DNA from: a virus
Taxonomy: Duplodnaviria; Caudoviricetes
Length of the DNA: 40,360 nt
Direction: 5' to 3' (one strand)
Virus record (IMG/VR): IMGVR_UViG_3300032954_000041
Location: 1-40,360 of that record
Position numbers and translations under genes: made by a program. Below, one piece after another: positions 1 to 8,701 of this stretch. Positions within the stretch are counted from its first letter, which is position 1, and every line of letters begins with the position of its first letter. The notes beneath the pieces were generated by a model. It worked only from the letters and a program-made list of their open reading frames with translations. It had not been told where the DNA came from and searched no databases.

Positions 1-100
1 TGGCACCGGGATGGGTCCCGGCATCTGCGGCACCTGCACCGGGACGTTCGCGAGGTCAGGCGTCCACGGACCGAATTGGATGGTGAACGGCTGCGCCACG
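1..100. repeat. Terminal direct repeat, left copy (circular-assembly overlap)
   Basis: 2-100 is identical to 40262-40360. Position 1 (T) vs 40261 (C) is a synonymous Pro codon change in the nozzle gene. Gene order is continuous across the junction. Confidence 0.95.
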
Positions 101-102
101 CG

Positions 103-975
103 CTACCCCAATTCGATCTGCATCGTGGACGAGGCCCAGCGCTCGGCCTTGTCGCGATCGACGAGCGTCTTGACGCTGTCCTGGTACGGAGTATTCCAGC
201 GCGCGATCATCACGTCGTCCAGCAGGAACTTCCCGGCCTCGACCATGCACGCCTGCAGGAGCGTGTTCGGCGCCGACAGCACCATCCAGTTCGTCGTGCT
301 GCTACCGGAGAGAAGCGCGGCCTGTGCGTAGAACGTGCCCGAGACGCTGTAGGAACTGTCGGCATACGGGCCGAACACGAATACGTTGCCGCCGCCCGTC
401 ATCGGCTCGCTCGAGACGCTTTGCGAGTTGTTGATCGTGTAGGTTCCGTTTCCGCCACTGCCGGAACCGAAGGCGGTGATGACGGTGTTAAACGCGACAT
501 TCCCGCCCGCATCGTCGATGACGGTCCCGACGACGAGATTCGGCGTCGTGATGGCGCTCACCGTCAGCGTCGTGCCGGACATGACTCCGGTGAACGTGGT
601 CGCCGGCTGCACGTCGCGGGCGATGTAGGCCGGCAATCCCTGCGGCTGTCGCAACGGGTAGTTGTCGTAGAGCCACGCCGCAGCCTTGAATATCAGCGTG
701 AACTGCTGCGAACTCCCGTCCGCCACCGTCATCAGTTTTGGCGCGAGCCAGCCGCTCGGAACCTGCAGCACGCCAGCTGAGATCGGATACGGCCCGTAAG
801 CCTGCTCCATCAGCTGGATGCCGTTGCCAAAGTTCGCCTCGAATATGTCCTTAGTCAGACGTTCCTGCCCAGCCTGGATGAAGTAGTCGATGTAGTTGCC
901 GGTCGCGAGGTCGCCGCGGTGAGTGAAGTCACTGACCGCTTGCTTGAGCGAGGCGTAGTCAATGATCGTCGCCAC
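103..975 (-). CDS. Head-tail adaptor (tail tubular protein A-like) with an inserted beta domain
   Basis: N-term '[20 protein letters not shown]...FIQAGQERL' and C-term 'FGPYAD..Y.V...FY...TNWMVL.AP..LL.ACMVEA..FL.DD..IARW' fit podovirus adaptor proteins. Lies between the capsid and nozzle genes. Confidence 0.75.
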   Translation of the reverse strand: MATIIDYASLKQAVSDFTHRGDLATGNYIDYFIQAGQERLTKDIFEANFGNGIQLMEQAYGPYPISAGVLQVPSGWLAPKLMTVADGSSQQFTLIFKAAAWLYDNYPLRQPQGLPAYIARDVQPATTFTGVMSGTTLTVSAITTPNLVVGTVIDDAGGNVAFNTVITAFGSGSGGNGTYTINNSQSVSSEPMTGGGNVFVFGPYADSSYSVSGTFYAQAALLSGSSTTNWMVLSAPNTLLQACMVEAGKFLLDDVMIARWNTPYQDSVKTLVDRDKAERWASSTMQIELG

Positions 976-978
976 GGC

Positions 979-1320
979 TCAGATCCGTTTGTCCACCGTC
1001 GTCTTGAACGTGGGGTAGTCGCGTTTCACGATCTTCAGGATCTTCTTAGCATCCTCCGGGTTGAAGAAGTTGAGGTGATGCTTGTTACTCACCTCCATCA
1101 AGATGTTGAACGGGATCGCCATCGTGCGGCGCATCTCGCCGCGCTTGCCGAAACGCCCGCGCTCCTCGGCATCCGCACGCCGGCACTTCGCCGCATACTC
1201 CATGTGCGGCTCGACGTCCTGGTAGGTGTGCACGGCAACGGAACCGTCACTGCGTTCTTTCGCAGTGACGCGATGCGCCCGATCGAGGATCTGGGCGGCC
1301 CTTTCGGTCTGGCCGCCCAT
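979..1320 (-). CDS. Conserved phage hypothetical protein downstream of the capsid genes
   Basis: Tightly packed ORF. 'QDVEP...AIP' type sequence resembles proteins at this position in podoviruses. Confidence 0.7.
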   Translation of the reverse strand: MGGQTERAAQILDRAHRVTAKERSDGSVAVHTYQDVEPHMEYAAKCRRADAEERGRFGKRGEMRRTMAIPFNILMEVSNKHHLNFFNPEDAKKILKIVKRDYPTFKTTVDKRI

Positions 1321-1659
1321 CTAGTTGCTGAGCTCAGTCAGGTAGCAGGTGCAGGCCGCAAGGCCGTACGCACTCACCTTGTCGCCCGGCGCGACCGCCA
1401 CGATGAGCGGCGGATCGGTCGTCTTGATAAGGATGTCCGACGTCGCCGTCGCCGCAGTGCCCGCCTGGCTGATCTTGATGAGCGCGCCAGTCGCCGTCGC
1501 CGTAGGTGCGAGCGACAACGCGATCGCGTGCATCGCGGTCGACCCCGTGATTGCGCCGACCGCGTTCGTGAACGTCGACGACGACCCGCTGCCGACCGCC
1601 AAGGACTGGCCGCTCCCTGGAATCGGCTTCCAGGGAGCGACGGTGTAGCCCTTGCTCAT
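1321..1659 (-). CDS. Small virion protein, possibly head decoration/cement
   Basis: Follows the MCP with an AAGGAG RBS. Ala/Thr/Ser-rich, beta-type composition. Confidence 0.6.
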   Translation of the reverse strand: MSKGYTVAPWKPIPGSGQSLAVGSGSSSTFTNAVGAITGSTAMHAIALSLAPTATATGALIKISQAGTAATATSDILIKTTDPPLIVAVAPGDKVSAYGLAACTCYLTELSN

Positions 1660-1690
1660 AGGAATGTCTCCTTATGAATCAAGGACTCCA

Positions 1691-2656
1691 TCAACCAGTC
1701 GTGTCGTACATGCTGCCGTGGGCCTTTTCGTTGCCCACTTCCAGCGTGTACTCGACGAGCAGCATCTTCTGGTCGCTGTCGCCCGTCTTCGCGAGCGGAA
1801 TGGTCTGGAATGGCCGCAGGTACGCCACGCGAACGTAGTTCGGGTTGACGAACATCACGTTCTTGGACGTCGAGAGGAAGATGTCCGGGATCAGCTTCAC
1901 CTCGCCGAAGTCCGACTCGTAGACATCGACCTTCGTCAGCAGCGTCGAGTCCTCGACCTCGATGAAGCGCGTGCCGGGTCCCGTGAACGCCGAGAACAAC
2001 TGCTTGTTCGTCGGGCTCATCAGCGCGTACTCAGGCGACTCTCCAGAGTTCGTGTAGACCTTCTGCAGCACGGTCTTGACGCGCGCCTCAGAAACCGCCG
2101 TCTGTGAGCTCGAGTACGTCCGCGGCTGCGTGCCGTTGAACGGAGCGCCTTCCGAGGGGTCGGCTCCGGTCGTCGAGTCGTAGACCTCGTTGGTCGCGCA
2201 CCATGCCGGCCAGCCCGCGAGGATGCGCGCCGTGCTCGAGGAGCCGGCGTTCTTCGCGGCGTTGTTCGTCAGGATGCCCTCGATGTCGCGCTTGAGCTCC
2301 TTGCTCTTCTTGAGGAGCTGGTAGCCCATCTTGTTCGAGCCACCGGCCGCGATGACGGCCTGCGACGTGCCAGAGATCTGGATGGTCTTGTTCGAGATCT
2401 GGCAGTAGTTGCCGAGGCGCGTCGTGGCCGTGATCGCGATGTTGCTCGGGTTGTCGCCATCCACCGCGGCGTTGTTGAGGTTCTGCGCCGCCAGCGAGTC
2501 GGTATCCCACTCGTGGTAGGTCTGGCGCGCTTCCGCCTTCTTGCACATGTTGAAGAAGGGTGTCTTGAACGGATCTACGTTGTAGATCGCGTCGATCAGG
2601 TCTTCGCGGATGTTGGTCTGCGTGTAGACCTGCAGGGTTCCGGTCGGGACAGCCAT
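1691..2656 (-). CDS. Major capsid protein (DUF5309/SU10-type HK97 fold)
   Basis: Motifs 'REDLIDAIYNVDPFKTPF', 'HEWDTDSL', 'RLGNYCQISNK', 'YQLLKKSKELKRDIE', 'VDVYESDFG', 'LAKTGDSDQKMLLVEYTL'. GGAG RBS; follows the scaffold gene. Confidence 0.92.
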   Translation of the reverse strand: MAVPTGTLQVYTQTNIREDLIDAIYNVDPFKTPFFNMCKKAEARQTYHEWDTDSLAAQNLNNAAVDGDNPSNIAITATTRLGNYCQISNKTIQISGTSQAVIAAGGSNKMGYQLLKKSKELKRDIEGILTNNAAKNAGSSSTARILAGWPAWCATNEVYDSTTGADPSEGAPFNGTQPRTYSSSQTAVSEARVKTVLQKVYTNSGESPEYALMSPTNKQLFSAFTGPGTRFIEVEDSTLLTKVDVYESDFGEVKLIPDIFLSTSKNVMFVNPNYVRVAYLRPFQTIPLAKTGDSDQKMLLVEYTLEVGNEKAHGSMYDTTG

Positions 2657-2669
2657 GGGTTCTCCGAAT

Positions 2670-3725
2670 TCAGGCGAGAGTCCCGAAGTACCTCGCTGCG
2701 GTATCTTGGTCGCGCGGGTTCTTTCGGAACTGGTCTCTTAGTTGGGTACGCGCGACCGCCTCAGGGTCGCGGGATATGCGTGCGCCTGGATTCGCCACTT
2801 GTGGCGCGGCTCGCACACGCTTGACCGCCTGGGGAGCCTGCGCTTGGAGAGCCGCAAATCGACTTGCATCATGCAGAGCCAGCATGATGCGGTGGTCGAA
2901 GATGTTGCCTATCTCTGCGTCCGAGAACCCCATCTTGTGCGCGTATGAAGTCATCTCTGCGCGCGCTGCCGTGAACTTCATCTCGTCGCGCCACTCCGGG
3001 CGCGCCTCGAGCATCTTGTCGCGCTCGACTGGGAGCTGCTTAAGCACCTGCTGCTGCTGCTCGAGCGAGAGCTCCTGCTGTCGCTGTGCGACAGCCGCGA
3101 GATGCTGCTGGATGGCAGCTGCCCGCTGGTTGAATTCGGTGTTGAGTACCGCCCACTGCGCCGGGTCGGTGGCCCGGAGCGCGTTCCAGTCAATGCGCTG
3201 GTATTCGCCGAGCAACTGCTGGTGAGCGAGATCGCCGAGCGCCTTGGCCTGCCCGAGCTGCGTTTCCATCGCCTGGCGCGCCTGCGCCTGCTGGGTGTCC
3301 CACTCGCGCTGGCGATTGGCGAGTTCCTGGGACTTGCGCGTGTAGTCGCCTTCCTGCTGGTAGGAGCGCAGCGCATCGCGGAGCGGAACGAGCTTCGACT
3401 CGCCGCCGATCTTGACCGTGACGGGCAGGTCGTAGAACGAATCGCGCTCGACGCCTGACTTCTGCAGGTAGTCGTCGAGGTTCGCGTAATCCGGGCCTTC
3501 CGTTTCCTGAGTCGCCCGCTGCTGAGCTTGTGCCTGCTCAGGTTCGCCGGAGAGAGTTGTTGCCTGCTGTGGAGAAGCCGCAGCAGCGGGCGAATCCTCA
3601 GCCTGTCCCTGCGCGGGATCTGGCTTGCCGTCGGCGTTGAACGCGCCTTTGTCCCACAGGTTCTGGAAGGTGTCTTCTGACGAGTTCGGATTGGCGCTCG
3701 CCACGCCCGTGGTTTCTAGGCTCAT
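2670..3725 (-). CDS. Capsid scaffolding protein
   Basis: Acidic disordered N-term, 'VTVKIGGESKLVPL..ALRSYQQEGDYTRKSQELA', coiled coil, 'IDWNALRATDP'. Directly upstream of the MCP. Confidence 0.85.
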   Translation of the reverse strand: MSLETTGVASANPNSSEDTFQNLWDKGAFNADGKPDPAQGQAEDSPAAAASPQQATTLSGEPEQAQAQQRATQETEGPDYANLDDYLQKSGVERDSFYDLPVTVKIGGESKLVPLRDALRSYQQEGDYTRKSQELANRQREWDTQQAQARQAMETQLGQAKALGDLAHQQLLGEYQRIDWNALRATDPAQWAVLNTEFNQRAAAIQQHLAAVAQRQQELSLEQQQQVLKQLPVERDKMLEARPEWRDEMKFTAARAEMTSYAHKMGFSDAEIGNIFDHRIMLALHDASRFAALQAQAPQAVKRVRAAPQVANPGARISRDPEAVARTQLRDQFRKNPRDQDTAARYFGTLA

Positions 3726-3767
3726 AGCGTGAAATCTAGCGGTATGGAAAGGGGCGAGTGTTGCGAA

Positions 3768-4097
3768 CTAGACGGCGTTGCGGCCTCCGGTCCTGAACAT
3801 CGCGATCCCGCGCTCGATGAGATTCTGCTGCCGACGCTTCTCTTCGAGCTGCAGGTCCGCCATGCGCCCGGTCTCTGCCAGCTGCTCGAAGTGCCCGAGC
3901 AGGTTGCGCCACAGTTGTTCCATGAGAATCAACCGCGTGTGCATCTCGGTATCCCTAATTGGTACAACGCGACGCAATTCGCGCAATTGGTCCTCGATGT
4001 CTCTCTTGGCTTCCTGGAAGAGCGGCGCATCGAGGATCTGGCGTGCGTCCCCTGCTCGGCGGAGTTCTCTTTCGCGAAGTTCCTGATCGTTCAGCAT
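3768..4097 (-). CDS. Conserved small helical protein normally found between portal and scaffold
   Basis: 'RRAGDARQILDAPLFQEA...ETGRMA' type sequence. Strong AGGAG RBS. Confidence 0.7.
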   Translation of the reverse strand: MLNDQELRERELRRAGDARQILDAPLFQEAKRDIEDQLRELRRVVPIRDTEMHTRLILMEQLWRNLLGHFEQLAETGRMADLQLEEKRRQQNLIERGIAMFRTGGRNAV

Positions 4098-4105
4098 GTT
4101 TTCTC

Positions 4106-5302
4106 CTAGAGATGCAGCAGGATGACGGCGATTTCCTCTTCCTCGCGTGCCATCGCCTCGCGCTTGCGATGCTCGTCCTCGGCCTTGCGCTTCCAGTCGT
4201 AGTAGGCGTTGATGAGCGACGTGTATGAGTGCTTGCGCGCCATCTCGAGATACTCGGAGATGGCGTGCTGGCTTTCGGCGGCCTGCCGGACGAGCGCGAC
4301 AGGGACGATATCAACCGGCTGCGCAAGGATCTTGGCCGCCTTGATGCGTTTGAGAGCTCTGGCCGCGTTCGGGCTCGAACTGTTCTTGGCCTCGATCGCC
4401 TTACGGGCGGCATCCGCGTCCGCCTTGTTCATGAACACGAGCAACCGGTCGCCGTCGCGCACGCCGTAGCGCTTGGTGTGGCGACCTGCTGCCGAGGCTG
4501 GCGTGAACGTCGAGCCAGCTTCGGCCTGCCCCGTCGTGCTGGACAGTCCAGCGCCGAACACCGAGCCCGCCGTCAGCGACTCAAGGTCTGCTGATCCCGT
4601 GGTGGCGGAGAGTCCCGCAGCCGCGACTGCGGCATCTGCCTCCGCGAGAGAGGTCGAAGCTGACAACCCGCTGGCTGCAATCGACGCCGCAAGCTGCGCA
4701 GGGCCGACCGTGACGCTGACTCCGGCGCCCGCGGCTCCAGAGATCTGCGCTTGCCCAAGTGTCTCGGATAGCCCGGACGCTCCGATACCTGCGGCAGCCT
4801 GCGATCCTGCAATCGTGCCGGAGAGCCCGCTGGCGCCAAGTGCCGCATCGGCTTCTGCTGTTGCCGTGGTCGCCGAGAGCCCGGCCGCAGTCGTCGCTCC
4901 GGCACTCGAGACGGTCAGCGATGCCGGCCCGATGGTGGACGAGAGGCCTAGCGATGCAATGCTGGCGTTCGCCTGCGCCGCGCCGACCGTGACCGTGAGG
5001 CCGGCGGCAGTCAACGCTGCAGAGGCCTGCCCTGCGCCTGTGGTTGACGAGAGCGCATCGGCCCCGACGCCGCCGGACATCCCGGCAGGTCCGACGGTGG
5101 CGGAAAGCCCTGCGACAGCGATGGACGCGCGCGCCTGCGCGACGCCGACGGTGCAGGAGATCCCGGCCCCTGCGATCGACGCCATTACGACCGCAGCGCC
5201 GATGGTGGCCGAGAGTCCTGCGGCAGTCTGCGTGGGCGGTCCGGTTGCGGACGGGTCCAGGTCCCGGTCGAACCATTTTTCGATGATGAAATCGCGCGAC
5301 AT
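4106..5302 (-). CDS. Ala/Gly/Ser-rich repeat protein (about 18-aa repeats) with a charged C-terminal domain; putative fibre shaft/anchor
   Basis: Repeats of the form A(A/S)GLS.T.G.A.A.A.I. C-term 'REEEEIAVILLHL'. Coupled to its neighbours. Confidence 0.65.
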   Translation of the reverse strand: MSRDFIIEKWFDRDLDPSATGPPTQTAAGLSATIGAAVVMASIAGAGISCTVGVAQARASIAVAGLSATVGPAGMSGGVGADALSSTTGAGQASAALTAAGLTVTVGAAQANASIASLGLSSTIGPASLTVSSAGATTAAGLSATTATAEADAALGASGLSGTIAGSQAAAGIGASGLSETLGQAQISGAAGAGVSVTVGPAQLAASIAASGLSASTSLAEADAAVAAAGLSATTGSADLESLTAGSVFGAGLSSTTGQAEAGSTFTPASAAGRHTKRYGVRDGDRLLVFMNKADADAARKAIEAKNSSSPNAARALKRIKAAKILAQPVDIVPVALVRQAAESQHAISEYLEMARKHSYTSLINAYYDWKRKAEDEHRKREAMAREEEEIAVILLHL

Positions 5303-5305
5303 GGT

Positions 5306-6589
5306 CTAGAACCACTCGCGGATGTCTAGGCCCCAATCACGACCGCCGTCATGCGGATAGCGAATGCGCGGGTCCTCGATAGTGTCGTAAGGGACGACGA
5401 TCATCGCCACGGGCAGCGTCGTCCGGCTGCCGTTAGAGTCCGTCAGTACGCACTGGTACTGTCGTCCAGATGCCGAAACAAGTTCCGGCGGAGTCGTGTA
5501 CGTCGCACTCGTCGCCCCGGTGCCGTCCGCGCAATTCGCGAAGCTGCCGGTGCGGTTGTCCTGCCACTGGTAGGTGAGCGATCCGGCGCTCGCCGTCGCG
5601 GTTACGCTGAAGGTGGCGAGCTGGCCTTCCATGATCCGCACGCCGAACGGGGCGACCGTGATGATCGGCTGCAGCGTGTAGGTAATGACGATGAGCCCGT
5701 CGCCACCGTGGCCGAACGTCGAGCTGCTCGAGTTGCAGCCGCCGCCGCCGCCGCCGTAGTTTCCGCCGCTCGGAGTGTTCGAGGCGTTGCTGCCCGCGCC
5801 CTGTCCGCCTCCGCCACCGCCAGCCCCGATGTTCTGCACCGACGACGACCCGTTGACGTAATCGGTCGTCCAGTCGTTTGTGCCTGGGCCGCCTACGCCA
5901 CCAGCACCTTGGCTGGCAGAGCCACCACCGCCACCGCCGCCGCCGGCCGTACCTGCAGTTCCGGCCCCGGATGGAGACGACCCGCCCGTGCCATGCCCGG
6001 AACCCGCGAAGTTGTCGCCGCCGTTACCGCCGGCTGCCGTCGCCGCGCCATCAGCGCCGGGCGTGCCACCGGTAGATGCGCCGCCACCGCCCCCCGATCC
6101 GCTCGATACCGAGCACTGGCCGCCGTGCGCGCCATCGCCATGGATACCGCCAGCACCGCCGCCACCACCGCCTCCCGAGGTGCTGGCAACTCCGCCCGCG
6201 CCGCCGTTATAGGCGACCGAGTTGAAGATGCAGCCCGAGACCGCACCGCCAGCCGCCCCTGTTCCGGGGCTGACAGACCCAGAACCGCCCTTGGCCCCGC
6301 AGATGCTGGAGGCGAACTGGACGTGGCCGATCCAGGTGTCGCCACCCGCTGCCGAACTGGTCGTAGCGCCCGCGCCTACGGTGTATGGCGTGCCGTTCGG
6401 TAGCTGGACGTTGACGGACTTGGCATAGGCCCCGCCACCGCCGGAGCCGCCTGATGTGCTGTTCTGGGGGTTGATCGAGGAGCCACCGCCACCGATGCAC
6501 TCGACGCTCGTGGCGACTCCGGGATAATCGGCAGGCCCGGAGAGCGTTCCCGACCCGGTCGTCGTGATGGCCCAGACTTTCGTCGTCAT
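5306..6589 (-). CDS. Glycine-rich (polyglycine) virion protein with a C-terminal Ig-like domain
   Basis: 'VECIGGGG...GGGGAYAK' and 'GGDGLIVITY' glycine-rich-domain caps. C-term 'ATFSVTA...LTYQWQ...GATSATYT...GRQYQCVLTDSNG' is an Ig fold signature. Confidence 0.75.
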   Translation of the reverse strand: MTTKVWAITTTGSGTLSGPADYPGVATSVECIGGGGSSINPQNSTSGGSGGGGAYAKSVNVQLPNGTPYTVGAGATTSSAAGGDTWIGHVQFASSICGAKGGSGSVSPGTGAAGGAVSGCIFNSVAYNGGAGGVASTSGGGGGGGAGGIHGDGAHGGQCSVSSGSGGGGGASTGGTPGADGAATAAGGNGGDNFAGSGHGTGGSSPSGAGTAGTAGGGGGGGGSASQGAGGVGGPGTNDWTTDYVNGSSSVQNIGAGGGGGGQGAGSNASNTPSGGNYGGGGGGCNSSSSTFGHGGDGLIVITYTLQPIITVAPFGVRIMEGQLATFSVTATASAGSLTYQWQDNRTGSFANCADGTGATSATYTTPPELVSASGRQYQCVLTDSNGSRTTLPVAMIVVPYDTIEDPRIRYPHDGGRDWGLDIREWF

Positions 6590-6592
6590 GGG

Positions 6593-7960
6593 CTAGAAGC
6601 TGATGATGACGGCGTAGCCTGAGCCTCCGGCCCCTCCTGCGCCGCCAAGCCCTGGGTTCATGCCGACGCCACCACCACCCCCGCCTCCACCGGCCTTGCC
6701 GCCATTGCCGCCCGCGGCTCCGTTGGTCGAGGCCGTGACCGTCGTCCCGCCGCCACCGCCTCCCCCACCGCCAACCGTAGAGTTGCCGTCGGCGCCGTTC
6801 GAGCCTGCCGTCGGGCTCGCCCCGTCCGTGCCCTTTCCGGCACCGGTGCCGGCCGTATAGACGCCAGACAGGCCGCCAGCGGCACCGCCGACGATGGCCG
6901 GGGTCGCATTGTGATGCCCACCAGTTCCACCGCCGCCGCCTGCGAAGATCGACCCGCCACCGACAGAGCTGGTCGGTGTTGAGGTTGAGCCACCTCCGCC
7001 TGCGCCGCCAAACTCGGCATTGTGCGTCGTGACGACGGTGACCGTGCCATCCGAGCCGGTGCCGCCCCAGACGCCCGTGACGCCCTTTGCGCCCGAAGGG
7101 CCTGGCAATCCGCCTTGGCCGACCGAGGCGCTGCCAGACGTGCCGGCGCTGCCCGTTCCGCCGCCGCCACCACCGCCGGACGCGGCCGCAGAGATCGCGC
7201 CACCCGCGCCACCACCACCACCGTAGGCGATCGTGTAGGTGCCGAAAGAGGTATTGCCACCGATGCCGCCAGCGCCGCCGGCAGCGCCCGCCGCGCCAGG
7301 ACTGCCGGCCGTACCCGCCGTGCCGACCGTCACGGATACCGTAGCGGTCACATCGGCGGCGAGCAGGATCTCCCGGACGTACGCCCCACCACCACCGCCA
7401 GCGCCGCCCTTGGCAACTACCGCAGTCGCGAGCGAGGCTCCAGCGCCGCCACCGCCCCCCGCGCCCCACAGCTTCACGAGCACGCACTTCGGCGTGAACG
7501 ACGTGGGCTTGGTCCAAGTCCCGTTGCTCGCGAACGTCTGCACGTCCACCGGGCCGACGAAGTTGCTGAGCTTCGGGATGCCGCCGGAGGTGAACGCGGT
7601 CCAGTCCCCGCCCTCGTCCATGATGACCGACTCGGACGGCAACAGGGTTCCAGACCACAGGATCGAGGTGTTGGTGCTATCAACGACTTGTACCGTGATG
7701 ACGTTCGTCACGCTCGCCGAGGCGTTGTAGAGCGTCAGGTGCTTGACGTTGTAGACCTTGCCGCTCGCGATACCGGTCGCGTCCACGACCGTCGTGGTCG
7801 CAGCCGTCGTGATCGAGGTGAGCGCCTGGAAGTCAGGCAATGGCTGGACCACCGGAGGGGTCGAGGCGTCGGCATACATCACGTCGACGTCCGGCCGGAT
7901 GTCGCCGGCTGAGCCGGTGATAACCTGCAGCTTGTCGGTATTGCCGCGTAGGATCAGCAC
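6593..7960 (-). CDS. Glycine-rich virion/fibre protein
   Basis: 'VDVQTFASNGTWTKP...VLVKLWGAGGGG...GGSGYAVIISF' glycine-rich-domain architecture after an N-terminal beta domain. GTG start 3 nt after the upstream stop. Confidence 0.75.
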   Translation of the reverse strand: MLILRGNTDKLQVITGSAGDIRPDVDVMYADASTPPVVQPLPDFQALTSITTAATTTVVDATGIASGKVYNVKHLTLYNASASVTNVITVQVVDSTNTSILWSGTLLPSESVIMDEGGDWTAFTSGGIPKLSNFVGPVDVQTFASNGTWTKPTSFTPKCVLVKLWGAGGGGGAGASLATAVVAKGGAGGGGGAYVREILLAADVTATVSVTVGTAGTAGSPGAAGAAGGAGGIGGNTSFGTYTIAYGGGGGAGGAISAAASGGGGGGGTGSAGTSGSASVGQGGLPGPSGAKGVTGVWGGTGSDGTVTVVTTHNAEFGGAGGGGSTSTPTSSVGGGSIFAGGGGGTGGHHNATPAIVGGAAGGLSGVYTAGTGAGKGTDGASPTAGSNGADGNSTVGGGGGGGGGTTVTASTNGAAGGNGGKAGGGGGGGGVGMNPGLGGAGGAGGSGYAVIISF

Positions 7961-7963
7961 GGA

Positions 7964-8686
7964 TCAGGCCTTCTGGATAGCGATCGCGCCGATGGCAAAG
8001 GTCGGGGCTACACCGCTGGAGACGACGAGCGGACCCGCCTTGTAGATGAAACCGGAGCCGGTGCTCGACGTGTTTACCGGGTTGCCGTTCGCGGTCGTGG
8101 TCGAGAGCGTCAACGTCTGGCCACCCGGCGCCGTACCGACGTAGTAGATCGTGCCTTCCGTAAGCCCGGTCGGTAGCCCTTCCTGCCCCGGAGCCTGGCA
8201 GACCATCACGCGATCGTTGACGACCGGCGTATACCCGTAGCACGTCAGGATGCCGGGCGATGCGCTCGTGCAGGTGAACGGGACATCAGGACCCGCCGAC
8301 GGGCCGAGCGGACCGAAGGCCAGCAGTGTGCCCGCGCCTGACAACGACAGCCCGATGCCCCAGTGCGTCAGCGTGTCGCCAGTGACGCCGCAACTCGGGA
8401 AGTTAATGGCCGCGGCATTGGCAACGCTCGAGAACGTCGTGCCTGAACCGGTCGTCACCGTCCAGCCACCCGTGGTACGCGCAACCGCCTGCCGCGCGTA
8501 GTTCGTGTACGCCGTCTCGTTGGTGGTCTGCGAGCCGGTAGGCCCCGGCGTGCCGTTGTGCAGGCTGACGTACAGGTTCGTCGCGGGGGAGCCGGCGTTC
8601 TGGGCCACCGTGCTCCATGTTCCGGTGAACACCGCGCAGAAAAGCGCGTTGAACTCGGCAGCCGAACCGGCGTAGGTGAGGATCAT
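7964..8686 (-). CDS. Phage fibre/minor structural protein
   Basis: 'LYVSLH..TPG..G.Q..NE..YTNYARQAV', 'NAAAINFP', 'THWGIG' match a common phage fibre family. An extra 'LPTGLTEGTIYYV' domain is inserted. AAGGA RBS. Confidence 0.7.
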   Translation of the reverse strand: MILTYAGSAAEFNALFCAVFTGTWSTVAQNAGSPATNLYVSLHNGTPGPTGSQTTNETAYTNYARQAVARTTGGWTVTTGSGTTFSSVANAAAINFPSCGVTGDTLTHWGIGLSLSGAGTLLAFGPLGPSAGPDVPFTCTSASPGILTCYGYTPVVNDRVMVCQAPGQEGLPTGLTEGTIYYVGTAPGGQTLTLSTTTANGNPVNTSSTGSGFIYKAGPLVVSSGVAPTFAIGAIAIQKA

Positions 8687-8701
8687 GTCAGTTCCTTCGT
8701 G

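Noticed and set aside
1-100. Terminal repeat as a biological direct terminal repeat
   Set aside because: A 99-bp exact match that cuts through a gene start fits assembler k-mer overlap. The terminase type suggests headful packaging.
1660-1690. Small hairpin after the capsid gene as a terminator
   Set aside because: The stem is only about 5 bp with no U-tract. At most it dampens the downstream RBS.
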